From positions 1,736,001 to 1,800,000 of the forward strand of contig OX597840.1 in assembly GCA_951406725.2 (NCBI GenBank): DNA of 64,000 nt, in the 5' to 3' direction. The position numbers and the translations under genes are program-made. Source of the stretch: Octopus vulgaris. Its lineage: Eukaryota. The notes under the pieces were generated by a model. That model worked only from the letters and a program-made list of their open reading frames with translations. It was not told where the DNA came from and made no database searches. Each line of letters begins with the position of its first letter. Position 1 is the stretch's first letter. Positions 58,688 to 64,000 of this stretch are shown here, piece after piece.

Positions 58688-59266
58688 TATATATATGTAT
58701 ACATATAAATATATATATATGTAGGTATCTAGCATTATCTCACTCTCTCTCTCTCCTCAATATTATGTGTGTGTGTTTCTTTATGAACAAAGATTCATAT
58801 TCACATATAACTATTACTATGATTCTTGATACCAACATTAGTGTATGTTTATGTTTACACATACATACACTTATTGTTGATGCATCAAAATTTCGTAACG
58901 TGTCGAGAGAACGTTTAGTTAACATTTTACTGGAATTTCGATACCCAAATAAGTCTATAGATAACAGCATGTAAAAACCTGGGCTGGAAAAATTTCTTTT
59001 GGAAAATAAATATCTCTGCCATTGGGACTTCAAACCCATGTCTCTTGCGTTCGACCCACAATGACAGTCGTTCGACCACTGTACATAATATATATTACCA
59101 TTTGTATAACTGCTTTGGGAAAAATCACTATTGGATAATATTCTGTATTTAGAAATACTAATGATGAGAAGGAAACCTGCCAAATTAACGGCATATTATT
59201 TCTGTGAATAGGATTTTACTTGTAACGATGCAAGAGTATTTATAAATGAATATATGTATATATGTA

Positions 59267-59326
<60 letters not shown>

Positions 59327-59469
59327 CGTCTATTTATATATATTTGATAATGTGCTGTATTTATTGATCTAATAACGTGTGGGGACAATACGTATAAAAA
59401 TAAAGACTTTTACTCATATCCATGTATATGTACTCCTATATATATATCTGTGTCTGTTTTTGTATAATA

Positions 59470-59522
<53 letters not shown>

Positions 59523-59646
59523 GTTCATTTCTATTAATATATATACAGATATCTATATGCATCTATATAAGTTGATACCTAGCAATACCCATGAGCATGT
59601 ATGTTTGTGCATGTGTATATATTTATATGTATATCTCTCTATATAG

Positions 59647-59680
<34 letters not shown>

Positions 59681-59832
59681 GCACACACACATACATATAT
59701 ATATATATGTACGTATGTATGTATAAAAACATACATTATATTTTTCTCTTACTGAGAATTCCAAAACTTAATTATTGTGCAAAATATGTGCATACGTAGA
59801 CGGACACAGGCACACATGCAATAGTACACATC

Positions 59833-59892
<60 letters not shown>

Positions 59893-60041
59893 GTGTGTGT
59901 GTGTGTGTTGTGTGTGTGTGTGTGTGTGAGTGTATGTGTGTGTGCATATCTATATGTATGAATATATATTTTTATGTATGCATATGTATTTAAATACACA
60001 CGCACACACACATATATATCTATGTGGTGTATGTGTGTGTG

Positions 60042-60101
<60 letters not shown>

Positions 60102-60303
60102 TATACGCATAAGAACGGCGCATATTTTAATTAAAGATATATTGATTTAAGTATTTACCTTGCATTTTAAATCTTCTCCGTGGAATTTAATTAAAATTAA
60201 TCCTTTGAAATCCCCTGTCTTTTGGAATCCTAAATCCCAGAGATTTTTGCATGGAAACGAGTGACGTGCTCTACCTTTGTTTGTTTATGTAAATATATGT
60301 TTG

Positions 60304-60342
<39 letters not shown>

Positions 60343-60708
60343 CTGTGTGTATGTGTTGTTTCCTTTGCATATCTTTCTTTAATGATATTTCTTGTATTCC
60401 TATATATGCGTTTGTGTTTATGTATGCCTTTGTGGGGTTCAGGAACTTATGAATTATCGCATGTCTATATGCATTTCGGATGCACGTGTGGGTGCAGCTG
60501 GGTGTACTTCTATGTGCATTGTTGCGTGTTTGTCCGTGCCTTGTGTGCATGTGTGTAAAAGTATATATATATAGCGTCCAGGGATATATGGAAACCTGCA
60601 TATCTTGTGTATTATTTCTATTCATCTATGTATATATATATATTTGCATATATATATATATATATGTGTGTATATATGGATTTATAGCTGCTTATGTATA
60701 CATATATC

Positions 60709-60952
60709 AACGTGATCACCGTGACCGACCAGACCATCAGATGTTGCTACCCATCGCTGGTCACATTGCATTGTTTTAGCCTTCAAATGACGCCACCCCG
60801 CTGGCTAAGCGAGCAGGCTAACAGACGAGCCTCGTGGAGCTTTTAGGTGTTTTCGCTCAATAAACACTCACAACGCCCGGTCTGGGAATCGAAACCGTGA
60901 TCCTACGACCGCGAGTCCGCTGCCCTAACCAGTGGGCCATTGCGCCTCCACA
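60709..60952 (-). mobile_element. SINE family B (tail 2), internal deletion
   Basis: Co-linear with 13614-13918. Confidence 0.9.
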
Positions 60953-61046
60953 CAATAATAATAATAATAATATATATATATATATATATATATGTAGGTC
61001 CCGGGTTAATTCGGGGTTAACCACAGTAAATAAGGTACTCAATACA

Positions 61047-61098
61047 GAGCTTCCTGAAGATTTCTCTTGAATGAAACAGTTCTGTCCTGTAGAAGCTC
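61047..61098 (+). ncRNA. Minimal hammerhead motif between (TA)n tracts
   Basis: Reads gagcttc-CTGAAGA-t-ttc-tctt-gaa-t-GAAA-cagttct-GTC-ctgta-gaagctc. Stem III is ACAG/CTGT. Stem I is interrupted by 5 unpaired nt. Confidence 0.6.
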
Positions 61099-61108
61099 CT
61101 TCTATATA

Positions 61109-61151
<43 letters not shown>

Positions 61152-61164
61152 CATATACATATAA

Positions 61165-61208
<44 letters not shown>

Positions 61209-61416
61209 ATATATTTATGTATATATATTTATAAAGTCAAAGATAGGATAGATGGATAGATGGATAGATAGATAGATAGATAGACACATGATTATGAGAT
61301 GAATCCATATATATACCTATGTGTGTGTGTTTATGTGTACATATATCTATGTGTGTGTGTTTTCAGTTTATTCTAATTACTTATCTATATGAATATATAT
61401 ATATATATATATCAGT

Positions 61417-61519
<103 letters not shown>

Positions 61520-61676
61520 GTTCATTCATAGTTCATTGTTATTTCGTCTAACTATTTGCAGATGTCACGTTGATTTTGATAGGCCTTTCGTTCGGTTTCT
61601 GGTTGAATTTTTTTTATATATATCCATACGTATGAAATTTTGAAGTTTTTGCAACTATCTTTTCCTTCTTATTAAA

Positions 61677-61882
61677 GGGCAGCGAGTTGGCAGAATCATT
61701 AGCACGCCGGACAACAAACGCCTAGTGACATTTAATCCGTGTTTATGTCCTGAATTCAACTTCCGCTGAGGTCTACCTTGCCATCCATCATTTCGAAGTC
61801 GATAAAATAAATACTAGTTGATTACTGTGTCTGTGAAGTCGTTGCACCCTTTCTCCCGAAACTGCTGGCAAAGTTTGAAACC
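61677..61882 (+). mobile_element. Diverged SINE family D (tail 2)
   Basis: ggcagcgagttggcagaatcattagcacgccgg...gaggtctaccttgccatccatc...gtcgataaaataa. Confidence 0.8.
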
Positions 61883-61920
61883 TATAATATCTTCCCTTTT
61901 TGTGTTGAAGTCCATTTATT

Positions 61921-62205
61921 CTCTCTTTACTCTTTTACTTGTTTCAGTCATTTGGCAGCGGCCATGCTGGAGCACCGCCTTTAATCGAGCAACTCGACCC
62001 CGGGACTTATTCTTTTGTAAACCCGGTACTAATTCTAGCGGTCTCTTTTGCCGAACCGCTAAGTAACGGGGATATAAACACACCAGCATCGGTTGTCAAG
62101 CGATGCTAGGGGGACAAACACAGACACACAAACACAGACACACAAACACACACACGCATATATATATATATCAAACACAGACACACAAACACACAAACAC
62201 ACACA

Positions 62206-62263
<58 letters not shown>

Positions 62264-62430
62264 TATACGACGGGCTTCTTTCAGTTTCTGTCTACCAAAT
62301 CCACTCACAAGGCTTTGGTCGGCCCGAGTCTATAGTAGAAGACACTTGCCCAAGGTGCAACGCTGTGGGACTGAACACGGAACGATGTGGTTGGTAAACA
62401 AGCTACTTACCACACAGCCACTCCTGCGCC
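61921..62430 (-). mobile_element. Full-length SINE family A with internal tandem duplication
   Basis: Co-linear with family A. The caaacacagacacacaaac block is repeated. Confidence 0.93.
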
Positions 62431-62797
62431 TGGAGTGGAATCCATTATCTTAGATTTCTTTAGATCCGACCCTTTTTTAACCGAAAATCTTATCCCGCAT
62501 ATATTGCCGCGATTCTTGTCGCCTAATAATTTGCCAACACCAATTCAGCAACTTACGGTTTCCAGCTTTGGTAACCTATTGTTACTTGCTGTAATTGATT
62601 CCTTTAGCTATTCGTCGCACACCATTTTCAAAATTCATCAAATTTCCAGTCGATAACTAGAACGACCATGTAAATGTATACGCTAAGATCGATAAGAGAA
62701 GCAGCGTTCACAATAATCCTTAAAGGCAAACTTGAACATTACACAACAGACCAATAATCTCACTCTCGCTCTCTTTCTCTCTGTATCTATCTATCTG

Positions 62798-63180
62798 GGG
62801 AAGCACTCCGTCGGTTACGACGACGAGGGTTCCGGTTGATCGGAATCAACGAAACAGCCTGCTCGTGAAATTAACGTGTAAGTGGCTGAGCACTCCACAG
62901 ACACGTGTACCCATAACGTAGTTCTCGGGGATATTCAGCGTGACACAGAGAGTGACAAGGCCGGCCCCTTGAAATACAGGTACAACAGAAACAGGAAGTA
63001 AGAGTGAGAGAAAATTGTGGTGAAAGAGTACAGCAGGGTTCACCACCATCCCCTGCCGGAGCCTCGTGGAGCTTTAGGTGTTTTCGCTCAATAAACACTC
63101 ACAACGCCCGGTCTGGGAATCGAAACCGCGATCCTATGACCGCGAGTCCGCTGCCCTAACCAATGGGCCATTGCACCTCT
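62798..63180 (-). mobile_element. Full-length SINE family B (tail 1)
   Basis: Reverse complement of the 15319-15700 type. Confidence 0.95.
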
Positions 63181-64000
63181 AGTACAATATGTACGTTACC
63201 TATTATACGTTAAACTCCGCCATTGGAAGGATGCAGTTATTTCATAAGCCATGACAAAGAAACAGATAATATGAACGATAAATAAATATATAGGCGTAGG
63301 AGTATTCTGCTCAATACCACAGATTTGCTTGTCAGTTGTTTGACCTTAACCTTAGTTACTGACGATATGTGCGTCTCTGATCACGAGCAAAGACAGTGGG
63401 GGAGCAATTTAAGAAGACATTAAATGCTTTTGTAATTAATTATTTACATCTTAAAATTAATTAATTTCTTGTATTTAGTAGGATCGAATTAAATGTAATG
63501 AAAAAACGGAGTTTCCGAAATGCATTCGGTGCATTTTAGATTCTCACAATCATACGGTTTTGCACACAACCTATCATAGACGAGTTAACACAGTACCTAA
63601 CATTCATATATTAGAGATTCGAGACATAAAGAGACAAAGAAGTGAAGTTTTAAATATATAAACGAAAAAGAAAAGTATATTATGATATTGACTTAAGAGC
63701 AGTTGTCAGAAACCTACATGATTGTAAGTACATTCTTCTGATGTTACGAAATAGATATAAACTAAGTTTTGTCTGAAGCATTGATTATCTAATGGGTACT
63801 TTAGATGATTTTTACAATCACATACACTGTTAAACCAGTTATTGAGTGATTTTCGTGCGAGAATTTCACATTTCATCTTTTGTGTACATTATATGGTTAG
63901 CTAGTTATCTCTTCCGTATTCTGATATGAAACATTTGATATTCATATATATTCTGTATTCGCGTAAAATATTTCAGATTCATTTTGTATAAACTTTAATG

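Overview
This is a eukaryotic, very AT-rich, repeat-saturated, apparently non-coding window. I can support no host gene, rRNA, true tRNA or CRISPR array here. Nearly all ORFs in the track are translations of (TA)n/(CA)n/(GATA)n/(GAT)n/(ATT)n microsatellites. The SINE types and microsatellite density suggest a coleoid cephalopod, probably an octopus (inference). Contents: (1) about 30 copies of four tRNA-headed SINE families, called A-D here, three of which occur with two alternative 3' tails; (2) decayed LINE fragments (CR1, CR1/L2-like, RTE, L1/Tx1-like), two of which share their 3' ends with SINE families in the same window; (3) Penelope-like (PLE) GIY-YIG fragments; (4) a TIR element, a 19-bp minisatellite and a TSD-flanked 406-bp structured RTE-5'-like element. 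The most notable signal is a set of short elements next to (TA)n tracts, most of them fold-back (palindromic), that carry type I hammerhead-ribozyme motifs. These motifs have palindromic stem III, compensatory changes in stems I and III between families, very long stem II inserts (56-92 nt) in four cases, and a recurrent A.A or U.U mismatch at the base of stem II. All alignments and folds were done by eye, and repeat-boundary coordinates are approximate.
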